64,000 nt of DNA, taken from contig CAKTEM010000007.1 of assembly GCA_934548045.1 (NCBI GenBank), positions 57,105 to 121,104 on the forward strand. The letters are read 5' to 3'. Each line of letters begins with the position of its first letter. Within the stretch, counting starts at the first letter, position 1. The DNA is from an uncultured Faecalibacterium sp. GTDB lineage: Bacteria; Bacillota; Clostridia; Oscillospirales; Ruminococcaceae. This document shows, piece by piece, positions 1 through 8,358 of the stretch. The notes beneath the pieces were generated by a model. That model was given only the letters and a program-made list of their open reading frames with translations. It was not told the DNA's origin and ran no database searches. The translations under genes and the position numbers were made by a program.

Positions 1-103
1 GCGATATGTGCTTTCATCAAAGATACCTCTTTCTAGCGGAAAATCATCTTGCTGTTGCGCAATAATAAAATAGTATACCACAGTTTGAGGGAAAAGAAAA
101 TAA

Positions 104-128
104 AAATACCCTCTCCGGAGAGAGGGCG
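104..128 (-). terminator. Intrinsic terminator downstream of aroF
   Basis: GC hairpin ccctctccggagagaggg; on the minus strand it is followed by a T-rich tract just past the aroF stop. Confidence 0.4.
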
Positions 129-140
129 GAAAAATCAGAT

Positions 141-1154
141 TCAGTTCATCTTCTTGCCGAAGAACTCGACTTCCTTATTGATGAACTGCATCAGCTCATC
201 GAACTGGTCGGGGGTCAGGCTCTGTGCGCCGTCGCACTTGGCCTTGGCCGGGTTGTTGTGGACCTCGATCATCAGGCCGTCGGCACCGGCGGCGACAGCG
301 GCCTTTGCCAACTCCGGAACCATCCATGCGTGGCCGCAGGCGTGGCTGGGGTCGACGACGACGGGCAGGTGGGTCATCTTGTGGAGCATGACGACACCGG
401 CAAGGTCGAGGGTATTCCGCATACTGGTCTCGAAGGTGCGGATGCCGCGCTCGCAGAGGATGACGTTCTCGTTGCCCTCGGCCATGATGTACTCGGCACT
501 CATGACGAACTCTTCCAACGTGTTGGCGAGGCCGCGCTTGAGCAGGACGGGCTTTTTCTGACGGCCGACCGCTTTCAGCAGCTCGAAGTTCTGCATGTTG
601 CGCGCGCCAACCTGAATGAGGTCAACGTTCTCGAAGAGGGGCAGGTGTTCGGTGTTCATGATCTCGGTGACGATGGGCGCACCGGTGGCACGGCGAGCCA
701 GCTTGAGCAGGTCAAGGCCCTCGCTCCGCATCCCCTGGAAGGAGTAGGGCGAGGTACGGGGTTTGAACGCGCCGCCGCGGAGCAGGGAAGCACCGGCGGC
801 CTTGACGCGCTGTGCGCAGTAGGTGATCTGCTCTTCGCTCTCGATGCTGCACGGGCCGGCGATGACAGCAAAGTTGCCGCCGCCGATCTTGACACCATTC
901 ACGTCGATGACACTGTCATCCGGATGGAATTTGCGGTTGGCTTTTTTGTATGGCTCGGAGACGCGGCGGCAGGTCTCGACGACCGGGTTTGCCAGAACCC
1001 AGCTCTCGGCGATGGCCTTGGTGTCGCCGATCAGGCCGAGGATGTGGGTGTCGCTGCCCTTGGAGTCGTTGATCTGCAAGCCCATCCCTTCCAGCTCACG
1101 GCAGAACTCGTGGACCTGTACGTCGGGAGCATCCTGTTTCAATACGATGATCAT
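141..1154 (-). CDS. aroF: 3-deoxy-7-phosphoheptulonate (DAHP) synthase, class I-beta with N-terminal regulatory domain
   Basis: 337-aa ORF with DAHP/KDO8P synthase motifs (GPCSIES, KPRTSPYSFQG, LVQIGARN-like) and an N-terminal ferredoxin-like extension; RBS aaggaga upstream of the ATG. Confidence 0.85.
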   Translation of the reverse strand: MIIVLKQDAPDVQVHEFCRELEGMGLQINDSKGSDTHILGLIGDTKAIAESWVLANPVVETCRRVSEPYKKANRKFHPDDSVIDVNGVKIGGGNFAVIAGPCSIESEEQITYCAQRVKAAGASLLRGGAFKPRTSPYSFQGMRSEGLDLLKLARRATGAPIVTEIMNTEHLPLFENVDLIQVGARNMQNFELLKAVGRQKKPVLLKRGLANTLEEFVMSAEYIMAEGNENVILCERGIRTFETSMRNTLDLAGVVMLHKMTHLPVVVDPSHACGHAWMVPELAKAAVAAGADGLMIEVHNNPAKAKCDGAQSLTPDQFDELMQFINKEVEFFGKKMN

Positions 1155-1365
1155 AGCGGTTTCTCCTTTGCCTTCTCAAATCTTTTTTATCGGCAAGAGG
1201 AGACATGGCCCCGTTGCCGCAAATCACTGTCCTGAACTTCATCTTCCTGAAGCATGGGCTTATCATATCACTTCAGTTTCCTGAAGTCAATAGCCTTTTG
1301 AAAGTTTTTTGAATTTTGTAGGGGAAAGTGGTAGAATAAGCCTGAACTCCCCCAGTCACAGCTTT

Positions 1366-1470
1366 GCTGTGCCAGCCCCCTCGGGGAGGGGGCCTTGACG
1401 CGTGTGACAGTCGGCTGTAAAAGGCTCTCCCTTTGGGAGAGCTGTCGGGTGAATACGAGACTGAGAGGGC
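1366..1470. repeat. Partial copy (right terminus) of CCCTCTCAG-TIR intergenic element (copy F)
   Basis: Contains ggctctccctttgggagagctg...gagactgagagggc, identical to the right ends of copies B and E; followed by TA and then the ybaK RBS. Confidence 0.5.
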
Positions 1471-1497
1471 TAGGATGCTGAAAAGAGGTAAACGATA

Positions 1498-1980
1498 ATG
1501 GCCAAAGAAGCAAAGACAAACGCGATGCGGATGCTGGACCGCGCAAAAATCTCATACACCGCGCATGAATATCCCCATGAGGAGGGCGTTGCCGTCGATG
1601 GCGTGACCGTGGCGAAGAGCATCGGCGAAGATCCGGCCTGTGTATACAAGACGCTGGTGACGCAGGGTGCAAGCAAAAACTATTTTGTCTTCGTCATTCC
1701 GGTGGCGGCAGAGCTGGACCTGAAAGCCGCTGCCCGGAGTGTGGGCGAAAAGAGCGTTGCGATGATCCACGTCGCCGACATCAACAAAGTGACCGGCTAT
1801 GTCCGGGGCGGATGCAGCCCGGTCGGCATGAAAAAACAGTACACGACCGTTTTCGACGAGAGTGTTCTTGCGCAGGAAAAGGTCTACGTCTCGGCCGGCC
1901 GCATCGGCACCCAGATCTGCTGCGCACCGGCAGACCTCATCAAAGCTGCCCGTGCGACGACCGCAAAAATTATCTTCTGA
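1498..1980 (+). CDS. ybaK: Cys-tRNA(Pro)/Cys-tRNA(Cys) deacylase, YbaK family
   Basis: 160-aa ORF with typical YbaK/ProX deacylase sequence (KTLV..., GGCSPVGMKK); RBS aagagg. Confidence 0.75.
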   Translation: MAKEAKTNAMRMLDRAKISYTAHEYPHEEGVAVDGVTVAKSIGEDPACVYKTLVTQGASKNYFVFVIPVAAELDLKAAARSVGEKSVAMIHVADINKVTGYVRGGCSPVGMKKQYTTVFDESVLAQEKVYVSAGRIGTQICCAPADLIKAARATTAKIIF

Positions 1981-2429
1981 ACCGGGGAACAGACTACGGC
2001 AGAACAAATCTTAAAATAGTTAGTCTCACAAATAAGTCATACTAAAAAAGAAAATGAATGTCGAAACTGCACAAAACTTTTGAAAGTTTTTTGGTGGGTT
2101 GAGAACACAAGGGAGAAATTGCCGAAACGCTCTTTGCAAAGCGATTTTTTTGCCGTACACTGTATGTAGCAGGCGGACGGATGCCCGATTTTTGGGGCCG
2201 TTCCGCTCCGGAACGCGAAGGACAAAAAACGGTGAGCGGAGGAAAAACGGATGTTCAAAAAGCTGCTCGGCACCATGCGCCAGAACTGTGGATACGGTCA
2301 TCAGGGGCTGGGTGTAACTTTGCGCCGGATCGCGTTCTATCCAAATCGAAAGAGTAAGGCCGTGGTGTAACTGCATCACAGCCTTTTTTGTTTGGAACCG
2401 GGTCAAAAAGGAAGAGAGGTTGGATTTCG
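1981..2429 (+). promoter_or_regulatory. Long 5' leader of pur operon with alternative antiterminator/terminator structures (candidate riboswitch or attenuator)
   Basis: 449-bp non-coding gap before purE; a terminator hairpin at 2358-2383 plus T6; the upstream segment ggggctgggtgtaact (2306-2321) shares the gtgtaact core with the terminator 5' arm, allowing mutually exclusive pairing. Confidence 0.4.
2358..2389 (+). terminator. Intrinsic terminator/attenuator immediately upstream of purE
   Basis: ggccgtggtgtaactgcatcacagcc forms a roughly 10-bp stem followed by TTTTTT. Confidence 0.5.
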
Positions 2430-2930
2430 ATGATTCGTAAAGTTGCTGTTATCATGGGTTCGGATAGTGATTGGCCGGTGGTCAAGGGGGCGTGCGCCCA
2501 GCTGAAAGCTCTGGACATCCCCTTTGAGGCACACATCCTGTCGGCACACCGCACCCCTGCGGAAGCGGCCGAGTTCGCAAAGAGCGCAAGAGCCAATGGC
2601 TTCGGCGTCATCCTCTGCGCGGCAGGCATGGCGGCACATCTTGCCGGTGCGTTTGCCGCAAACACGACTCTGCCGGTCATCGGCATCCCGATGAAGGGCG
2701 GCGCGATGGATGGCTTGGATGCTTTGCTGGCGACGGTCCAGATGCCCAGCGGCATCCCGGTCGCAACGGTCGCCCTGAACGGCGCAAAGAACGCCGCATG
2801 GCTGGCGGCAGAGATTCTGGCCCTGAGCGATGACGAGCTGGCCGAGCGGCTGGAAAAAGAGCGCGTCGCGATGGCGGAGCAGATCGCCGTCAAGGAACAG
2901 AAACTTCAGAAGGAAGTAGAGGAACTGTAA
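2430..2930 (+). CDS. purE: N5-carboxyaminoimidazole ribonucleotide mutase
   Basis: PurE hallmark MGSDSDWPVV and GIPVATVA motifs; start MIRKVAVIMGS with RBS aggaagagagg; longer ORF-track start at 2388 lacks an RBS. Confidence 0.85.
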   Translation: MIRKVAVIMGSDSDWPVVKGACAQLKALDIPFEAHILSAHRTPAEAAEFAKSARANGFGVILCAAGMAAHLAGAFAANTTLPVIGIPMKGGAMDGLDALLATVQMPSGIPVATVALNGAKNAAWLAAEILALSDDELAERLEKERVAMAEQIAVKEQKLQKEVEEL

Positions 2931-4408
2931 TGTCTGATTTTGCATATCCGCTTCACGAGGAGTGCGGCGTTTTTGGTATCTATGACCGCGCCGGTACCGA
3001 GGATGTGGCCGCTGCCGCCTACTCGGCACTCTACGCTTTGCAACATCGCGGTCAGGAGAGCTGCGGCATCGCGGTCAACGACGATGGCGTCATCCACGGC
3101 CACCGCGACCTTGGTCTGGTGAATGAGGTCTTTACCCCGGCGGTGCTGTCCAGCCTTTCCAAGCCCGGTGCGCGGATGGCGACCGGCCATGTCCGCTACG
3201 CCACCGCAGGCAGCCGCACCCGTGCCAACGCCCAGCCCATGATCGTCCGGCATGGACGCGGCACCATGGCCCTCTGCCACAACGGCAACCTGACCAACGC
3301 CATCGAGCTTCGCACCGAACTCGAAAATGAGGGAGCCATCTTCCACGGCTCCTCCGATACCGAAGTCATCTGCTACCTCGTCACCCGGTACCGTCTCAAG
3401 ACCGGCAGCATCGAGGCCGCCATCAGCGAGACGATGGACAAGCTGGAAGGCGCGTACAGCCTCGTTATCATGTCGGCAACGAAACTAATTGCCGTCCGTG
3501 ACCCGAGAGGCTATCGCCCTCTCTGCATCGGCACCCTGCCCGGCGGCGGTTACGTCTTCGCCAGTGAGAGCTGCGCACTGGATGCCGCCGGTGCGACCCT
3601 GCTCCGTGACGTGGAACCCGGTGAGATCGTCATTGCGGATTCCCGGAGCGAGGGCCTGCGGAGCATCAAGACCCACTGCGGCTGCAAGGACACCCAGATG
3701 TGCGTCTTTGAGTACATCTATTTCTCCCGTCCGGACAGCATCATTGAGGGCTGTTCCGTCCACGAGGCACGCAAGCAGGCCGGCCGGTTCCTCGCGCAGG
3801 AGCATCCGGTGGAAGCAGATGTCGTCATTGGTGTTCCGGATTCCGGTCTGGACGCTGCGCTTGGCTACTCCGAGGAGAGCGGCATCCCCTACGGCATCGG
3901 CTTTATTAAGAATAAATACATCGGACGGACGTTTATTCAGGGCAGCCAGAAGCAGCGCGAGAACAGCGTCCGCATCAAGCTGAATGTGGTGTCCAGCACT
4001 GTCCGCGGCAAACGGGTCGTGCTGGTGGATGACTCCATCGTGCGCGGCACCACATCCGCCCGTATCATCAACCTGCTCCGGGATGCCGGCGCAAAGGAAG
4101 TCCACTTCCGGGTGTCGGCACCTCCGTTCAAATATCCCTGCTACTTCGGCACGGACATCCCCGACCAGAAACTGCTGGTCGCCACCGGCCGCACCGTTGA
4201 ACAAATCAACGAGATCATCGGCGCGGATACGCTGGGCTACCTGACGACGGAGCATGTCGTCAAGCTGGCAAAGGACGCCCAATGTGGTTTCTGCACCGCC
4301 TGCTTCACCGGCAAATATGCCGTAAAGCCGGACGAAGTGCTTTCGACCGATATTCACGACCGCCACCTCAACGACCGCCCTAAGGGTGAGAAAAAGTTAG
4401 GAGAGTAA
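2930..4408 (+). CDS. purF: Amidophosphoribosyltransferase
   Basis: N-terminal nucleophile Cys (ECGVFGI), Ntn-glutaminase and PRTase motifs (VVLVDDSIVRGTT); start overlaps purE stop (taATG). Confidence 0.9.
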   Translation: MSDFAYPLHEECGVFGIYDRAGTEDVAAAAYSALYALQHRGQESCGIAVNDDGVIHGHRDLGLVNEVFTPAVLSSLSKPGARMATGHVRYATAGSRTRANAQPMIVRHGRGTMALCHNGNLTNAIELRTELENEGAIFHGSSDTEVICYLVTRYRLKTGSIEAAISETMDKLEGAYSLVIMSATKLIAVRDPRGYRPLCIGTLPGGGYVFASESCALDAAGATLLRDVEPGEIVIADSRSEGLRSIKTHCGCKDTQMCVFEYIYFSRPDSIIEGCSVHEARKQAGRFLAQEHPVEADVVIGVPDSGLDAALGYSEESGIPYGIGFIKNKYIGRTFIQGSQKQRENSVRIKLNVVSSTVRGKRVVLVDDSIVRGTTSARIINLLRDAGAKEVHFRVSAPPFKYPCYFGTDIPDQKLLVATGRTVEQINEIIGADTLGYLTTEHVVKLAKDAQCGFCTACFTGKYAVKPDEVLSTDIHDRHLNDRPKGEKKLGE

Positions 4409-4413
4409 TCAAG

Positions 4414-5460
4414 ATGGAAAAGAGCTATTCTGAAAGCTACGCAGCTGCTGGTGTGGATATCACCGCAGGCTATCGCTCCGTGGAACTGATGAAGCAGTAC
4501 GTCGCACGCACCATGAACGAGCATTGCATCGGTGGTCTGGGCGGCTTCGGCGGTCTGTTCGAGCTGGACTGCACCGGCATCCAGCACCCGGTCCTCATCT
4601 CCGGCACCGACGGCGTTGGCACCAAGCTGAAGCTGGCGATGATTCTGGACAAGCATGACACCATTGGCATCGACTGCGTGGCAATGTGCGTCAACGATGT
4701 TATCTGTGCCGGTGCAAAGCCGCTGGTTTTCCTCGATTACATCGCCTGCGGCCGGAATGTTCCGGAAAAAATCGCTGAAATTGTCAAGGGTGTCGCCGAG
4801 GGCTGTGTACAGGCAGATTGCTCTCTGGTCGGCGGTGAGACCGCTGAGCATCCGGGCATGATGCCGGAGGATGAATACGACCTCGCAGGTTTCACCGTGG
4901 GCGTGGTTGACAAAGAGAAGATTCTGAAAAATGACAGCATGATCCCCGGCGATGTCATCATCGCTCTGCCCTCTACCGGTGTCCATTCCAATGGTTTCTC
5001 GCTGGTGCGCAAGATCTTTGATATCGACGGCGACCCCGACGTCCTGAAGACTGCTCCGGCAGAGCTGGGTGGTAAGACACTGGGCGAGGCTCTGCTGGCT
5101 CCCACCAAGATCTACGTCAAGCCTGTCCTGAAGGTTCTGGAAGAGGTCGATGTTCGCGGCATCTCCCACATCACTGGCGGCGGCTTCTACGAGAACATTC
5201 CGCGCAGCCTGAAAAAGGGCTGCTGCGCACGCATCAACAAGGCAGACGTCCGCACTCCGGCACTGTTCCACCTGATGCAGAAGACCGGCAATATCTCCGA
5301 ACACGATATGTTCAACACCTTTAATATGGGCGTCGGCATGGTGCTGACCGTTCCGGCAGAGCAGGCAGACAAGGCTCTGGCAATCCTCCACGCAAATGGT
5401 GAGCCGGATGCTTACCGTCTGGGCGTCATCGCAGAAGGCGAGGGTGTTGAGCTGTGCTGA
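4414..5460 (+). CDS. purM: Phosphoribosylformylglycinamidine cyclo-ligase (AIR synthetase)
   Basis: PurM motifs (GVDIDAG-like GVDITAG, DGVGTKL); RBS aggagag. Confidence 0.9.
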   Translation: MEKSYSESYAAAGVDITAGYRSVELMKQYVARTMNEHCIGGLGGFGGLFELDCTGIQHPVLISGTDGVGTKLKLAMILDKHDTIGIDCVAMCVNDVICAGAKPLVFLDYIACGRNVPEKIAEIVKGVAEGCVQADCSLVGGETAEHPGMMPEDEYDLAGFTVGVVDKEKILKNDSMIPGDVIIALPSTGVHSNGFSLVRKIFDIDGDPDVLKTAPAELGGKTLGEALLAPTKIYVKPVLKVLEEVDVRGISHITGGGFYENIPRSLKKGCCARINKADVRTPALFHLMQKTGNISEHDMFNTFNMGVGMVLTVPAEQADKALAILHANGEPDAYRLGVIAEGEGVELC

Positions 5461-6050
5461 ACATTGCAGTTTTAGTTTCTGGCGGCGGCACCAATTTGCA
5501 GGCCCTGCTGGACAGCGAGGCACGGGGCGAAAATCCCAACGGCAAGATCAAGCTGGTGGTGGCCTCGAAACCCGGCGTCTACGCACTGGAACGCGCGGCA
5601 AACGCTGGCGTTGAGGGCGTGGTCGTCCGCCGCAAGGATTATGAGAAGAGTGAAGATTTCGACGCAGCCCTGCTGAATGTGTTGAAAAGTCACGATATCG
5701 ACCTCGTGGTTCTGGCAGGTTTCCTGTCGGTGCTGGGGCCGAGCGTCATCGAAGCTTATCCGCGCCGCATCCTGAATATCCATCCGGCACTGATCCCGTC
5801 CTTCTGCGGCCCGGGCATGTACGGCTTGAGACCTCATGAAGCGGCTCTGGCCCGGGGATGCAAGGTGACCGGCGCAACTGTCCACTTCGTCAACGAGGAG
5901 TGCGACGGCGGCCCCATCCTGCTGCAGAAGGCAGTGGATATCCTGCCCGGCGATACGCCCGAGATTTTGCAGAAGCGTGTCATGGAACAGGCCGAGTGGA
6001 AGCTGCTGCCCAAGGCGGTCGCGATGATTTGTAATGGAGAGGTAGAATAA
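5454..6050 (+). CDS. purN: Phosphoribosylglycinamide formyltransferase
   Basis: GAR transformylase motifs (VLVSGGGTNLQAL, NIHPALIP, HFV.E..D.GPI); GTG start overlapping purM stop. Confidence 0.85.
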   Translation: MLNIAVLVSGGGTNLQALLDSEARGENPNGKIKLVVASKPGVYALERAANAGVEGVVVRRKDYEKSEDFDAALLNVLKSHDIDLVVLAGFLSVLGPSVIEAYPRRILNIHPALIPSFCGPGMYGLRPHEAALARGCKVTGATVHFVNEECDGGPILLQKAVDILPGDTPEILQKRVMEQAEWKLLPKAVAMICNGEVE

Positions 6051-6844
6051 TGGAAAAAATCAACCTGAACGAGTATCTGGCTTCCAACGAGTACCCGGGC
6101 CGCGGCATTGCGGTCGCAAAGGCTCCTGATGGCCGTCAGATGTTTATCGGATATTTCATCATGGGCCGCAGCGAGAACAGCCGTAACCGCGTGTTTGACC
6201 CCATCCCGGAGCGCGGCGGCATCTGCACCATCGCAGCTGACCCCGACAAGCTGGAAGATCCCAGCCTCATCATCTATAACCCGGTGCTGACCCTCGGCAA
6301 GACCCACATCGTCACCAACGGCGACCAGACCGATACCATCTTTGACCTGATGAGTCAGGGCAAGAGCTTCGCCGATGCCCTCCGCACCCGGACCTTTGAG
6401 CCGGACGAGCCGAACTACACGCCGCGCATTTCCGCCGTCGTCTATGCAGACGGCAGCTATCAGATGAGCATCCTCAAGTCTGCGGACGGCAACGGCGAGA
6501 GCGTCCAGCGGTATTTCTTTGATTATCCCCAGCCCGTCGCCGGTGAGGGCCACTTCATCAGCACCTATAAGCACAACGGTAACCCCATCCCCAGCTTTGA
6601 GGGTGAGCCGCTCCGGTTTGCCTGCCCCCGTACCATCGGCGATTTTGCAACCGGTCTGTGGAGTAGCCTGAACATGGACAACAAGGTCAGCCTGTTCGCC
6701 CGGGTCATCGACCTCGAGACCGGCGAGAGCGGCGACATGATCTTCAACAAATACGACGCTGTGTGCAGTGATTTAGATGACCCGGAAGAACCGGAGCTGC
6801 TGCCCGAGGAGCTGGAAGCTCTGAAAGCGTTTGACGAGGAATAA
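6050..6844 (+). CDS. IMP cyclohydrolase, PurO-like (archaeal-type) stand-alone enzyme
   Basis: 264-aa ORF translationally coupled to purN (taATG), positioned where the PurH N-terminal IMPCH domain would be; sequence resembles PurO-type IMP cyclohydrolase family proteins found next to AICARFT-only purH in Clostridia. Confidence 0.6.
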   Translation: MEKINLNEYLASNEYPGRGIAVAKAPDGRQMFIGYFIMGRSENSRNRVFDPIPERGGICTIAADPDKLEDPSLIIYNPVLTLGKTHIVTNGDQTDTIFDLMSQGKSFADALRTRTFEPDEPNYTPRISAVVYADGSYQMSILKSADGNGESVQRYFFDYPQPVAGEGHFISTYKHNGNPIPSFEGEPLRFACPRTIGDFATGLWSSLNMDNKVSLFARVIDLETGESGDMIFNKYDAVCSDLDDPEEPELLPEELEALKAFDEE

Positions 6845-6856
6845 GGAGGAAGCGGA

Positions 6857-8038
6857 ATGAACGAACTGGCATTAAAGTATGGCTGCAACCCCAATCAGAA
6901 GCCCAGCCGCATTTATATGGAAGATGGCTCTGACCTGCCGGTGACTGTCCTGAACGGCAAGCCCGGCTACATCAACTTTCTGGACGCGCTGAATTCCATC
7001 CAGCTGGTAAAAGAGCTGAAAACGGCCTGCGGCCTGCCGGCAGCGGCTTCGTTCAAGCATGTTTCTCCGGCCGGTGCCGCGCTGGGCCTGCCCCTGACCG
7101 ACGTCGAGCGGAAGATGTACCACATCGCACCCGATTTTGAGCTGTCTCCGCTGGCCTGCGCTTATGCCCGTGCCCGTGGTGCGGACCGGATGTCCTCGTT
7201 CGGTGACTGGATCGCCCTCTCCGAGGTCTGCGACGTGTCCACCGCAAAGCTCATCCAGCATGAAGTCTCGGACGGCATCATTGCTCCGGGCTATGAGCCG
7301 GAAGCTCTGAAAATTCTTGCCAGCAAGAAGAAGGGCAACTACAACGTGGTCGCCATCGACCCGAACTACAAGCCCAACCCCGTCGAGCATAAGCAGGTCT
7401 ACGGCATCACCTTCGAGCAGGGCCGCAACGAGCTTGCTATCAATGCCGACACCATGCTGAACAACTTCGTCACCGAGAACAAGACCGTGACCGAGGAGCA
7501 GAAGCGTGACCTTATCATCGCCCTCATCACCCTGAAATACACCCAGTCCAACAGCGTCTGCTACACCTACAACGGCCAGACCATCGGCGTCGGCGCAGGC
7601 CAGCAGAGCCGCATCCACTGCACCCGTCTGGCCGGTCAGAAAGCCGACAACTGGCAGCTCCGCCACATGGACAAGGTGCTGAACCTGCCCTTCCGTGACG
7701 ACGTGGCAAAGCCTAACCGGGACAACGCCATTGATGTTTACATCGGCGACACCCCGGAGGATGTCATCGGCGATGATGTCTGGGCGGAGACCTTCACCGA
7801 ACAGCCCGAGCCCCTGACCGCAGAGGAGAAGAAAGCTTATCTGAGCGGCATCACCGGGGTCAGCCTTGGTTCTGATGCGTTCTTCCCCTTCGGCGACAAC
7901 ATCGAGCGCGCACGCCGTTCGGGTGTGACCGCCATTGTCCAGCCCGGCGGCTCCATCCGCGACCAGCAGGTCATCGACACCTGCAACAAGTACGGCATCG
8001 CGATGGCGTTCTGCGGCATCCGGCTGTTCCATCACTAA
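6857..8038 (+). CDS. purH: AICAR transformylase (PurH C-terminal AICARFT domain only)
   Basis: 393-aa ORF with LKYGCNPNQ (PurH LRYGENPHQ motif) and the AICARFT fold; lacks the N-terminal MGS-like IMPCH domain; RBS aaggagg. Confidence 0.8.
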   Translation: MNELALKYGCNPNQKPSRIYMEDGSDLPVTVLNGKPGYINFLDALNSIQLVKELKTACGLPAAASFKHVSPAGAALGLPLTDVERKMYHIAPDFELSPLACAYARARGADRMSSFGDWIALSEVCDVSTAKLIQHEVSDGIIAPGYEPEALKILASKKKGNYNVVAIDPNYKPNPVEHKQVYGITFEQGRNELAINADTMLNNFVTENKTVTEEQKRDLIIALITLKYTQSNSVCYTYNGQTIGVGAGQQSRIHCTRLAGQKADNWQLRHMDKVLNLPFRDDVAKPNRDNAIDVYIGDTPEDVIGDDVWAETFTEQPEPLTAEEKKAYLSGITGVSLGSDAFFPFGDNIERARRSGVTAIVQPGGSIRDQQVIDTCNKYGIAMAFCGIRLFHH

Positions 8039-8040
8039 TA

Positions 8041-8333
8041 GCCCTCTCAGTCAATGCTTCGCATTGCCAGCTCTCCCAAAGTGAGAGCCATTGGCAGGTC
8101 GGGTAAGTCTGAGCAGGTCAATAAATGCTTGACGAGACATTCAGCGCGATGGCCTTGCGGACAAGATTCACGGCATCTAAGATAGTGCAAGTTCAGTAGC
8201 TGTGAATCCAGACAGCAGGGCACTCACGCTTGCGTAAGTGAAAGCTTTGTTCAGTCAGCAGAAAGTGAGCCGATATGCCAATGCCTCTCACTTTGGGAGA
8301 GGTGGCACGCCGTTAGGCGTGACGGAGAGGGTC
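8041..8333. repeat. Full-length copy of CCCTCTCAG-TIR intergenic MITE/REP-like element (copy A)
   Basis: 293 bp between purH stop and purD RBS; left end TA|gccctctcag, internal hairpins ctctcccaaagtgagag and cctctcactttgggagagg, central gggccttgcgg and agctttgttcagtcag blocks shared with copies B, C, D, E. Confidence 0.75.
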
Positions 8334-8358
8334 AAATCGGTCAGAAGGAGAATAGAAA

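Noticed and set aside
2000-2400. Specific assignment of the pur leader to the ZTP (pfl) or purine riboswitch class
   Set aside because: I could not find the conserved ZTP pseudoknot (GGGUCGUGACUGGCG / CCGCCUGGGCA) or a purine aptamer core by eye. It is kept only as a generic attenuator or riboswitch candidate.
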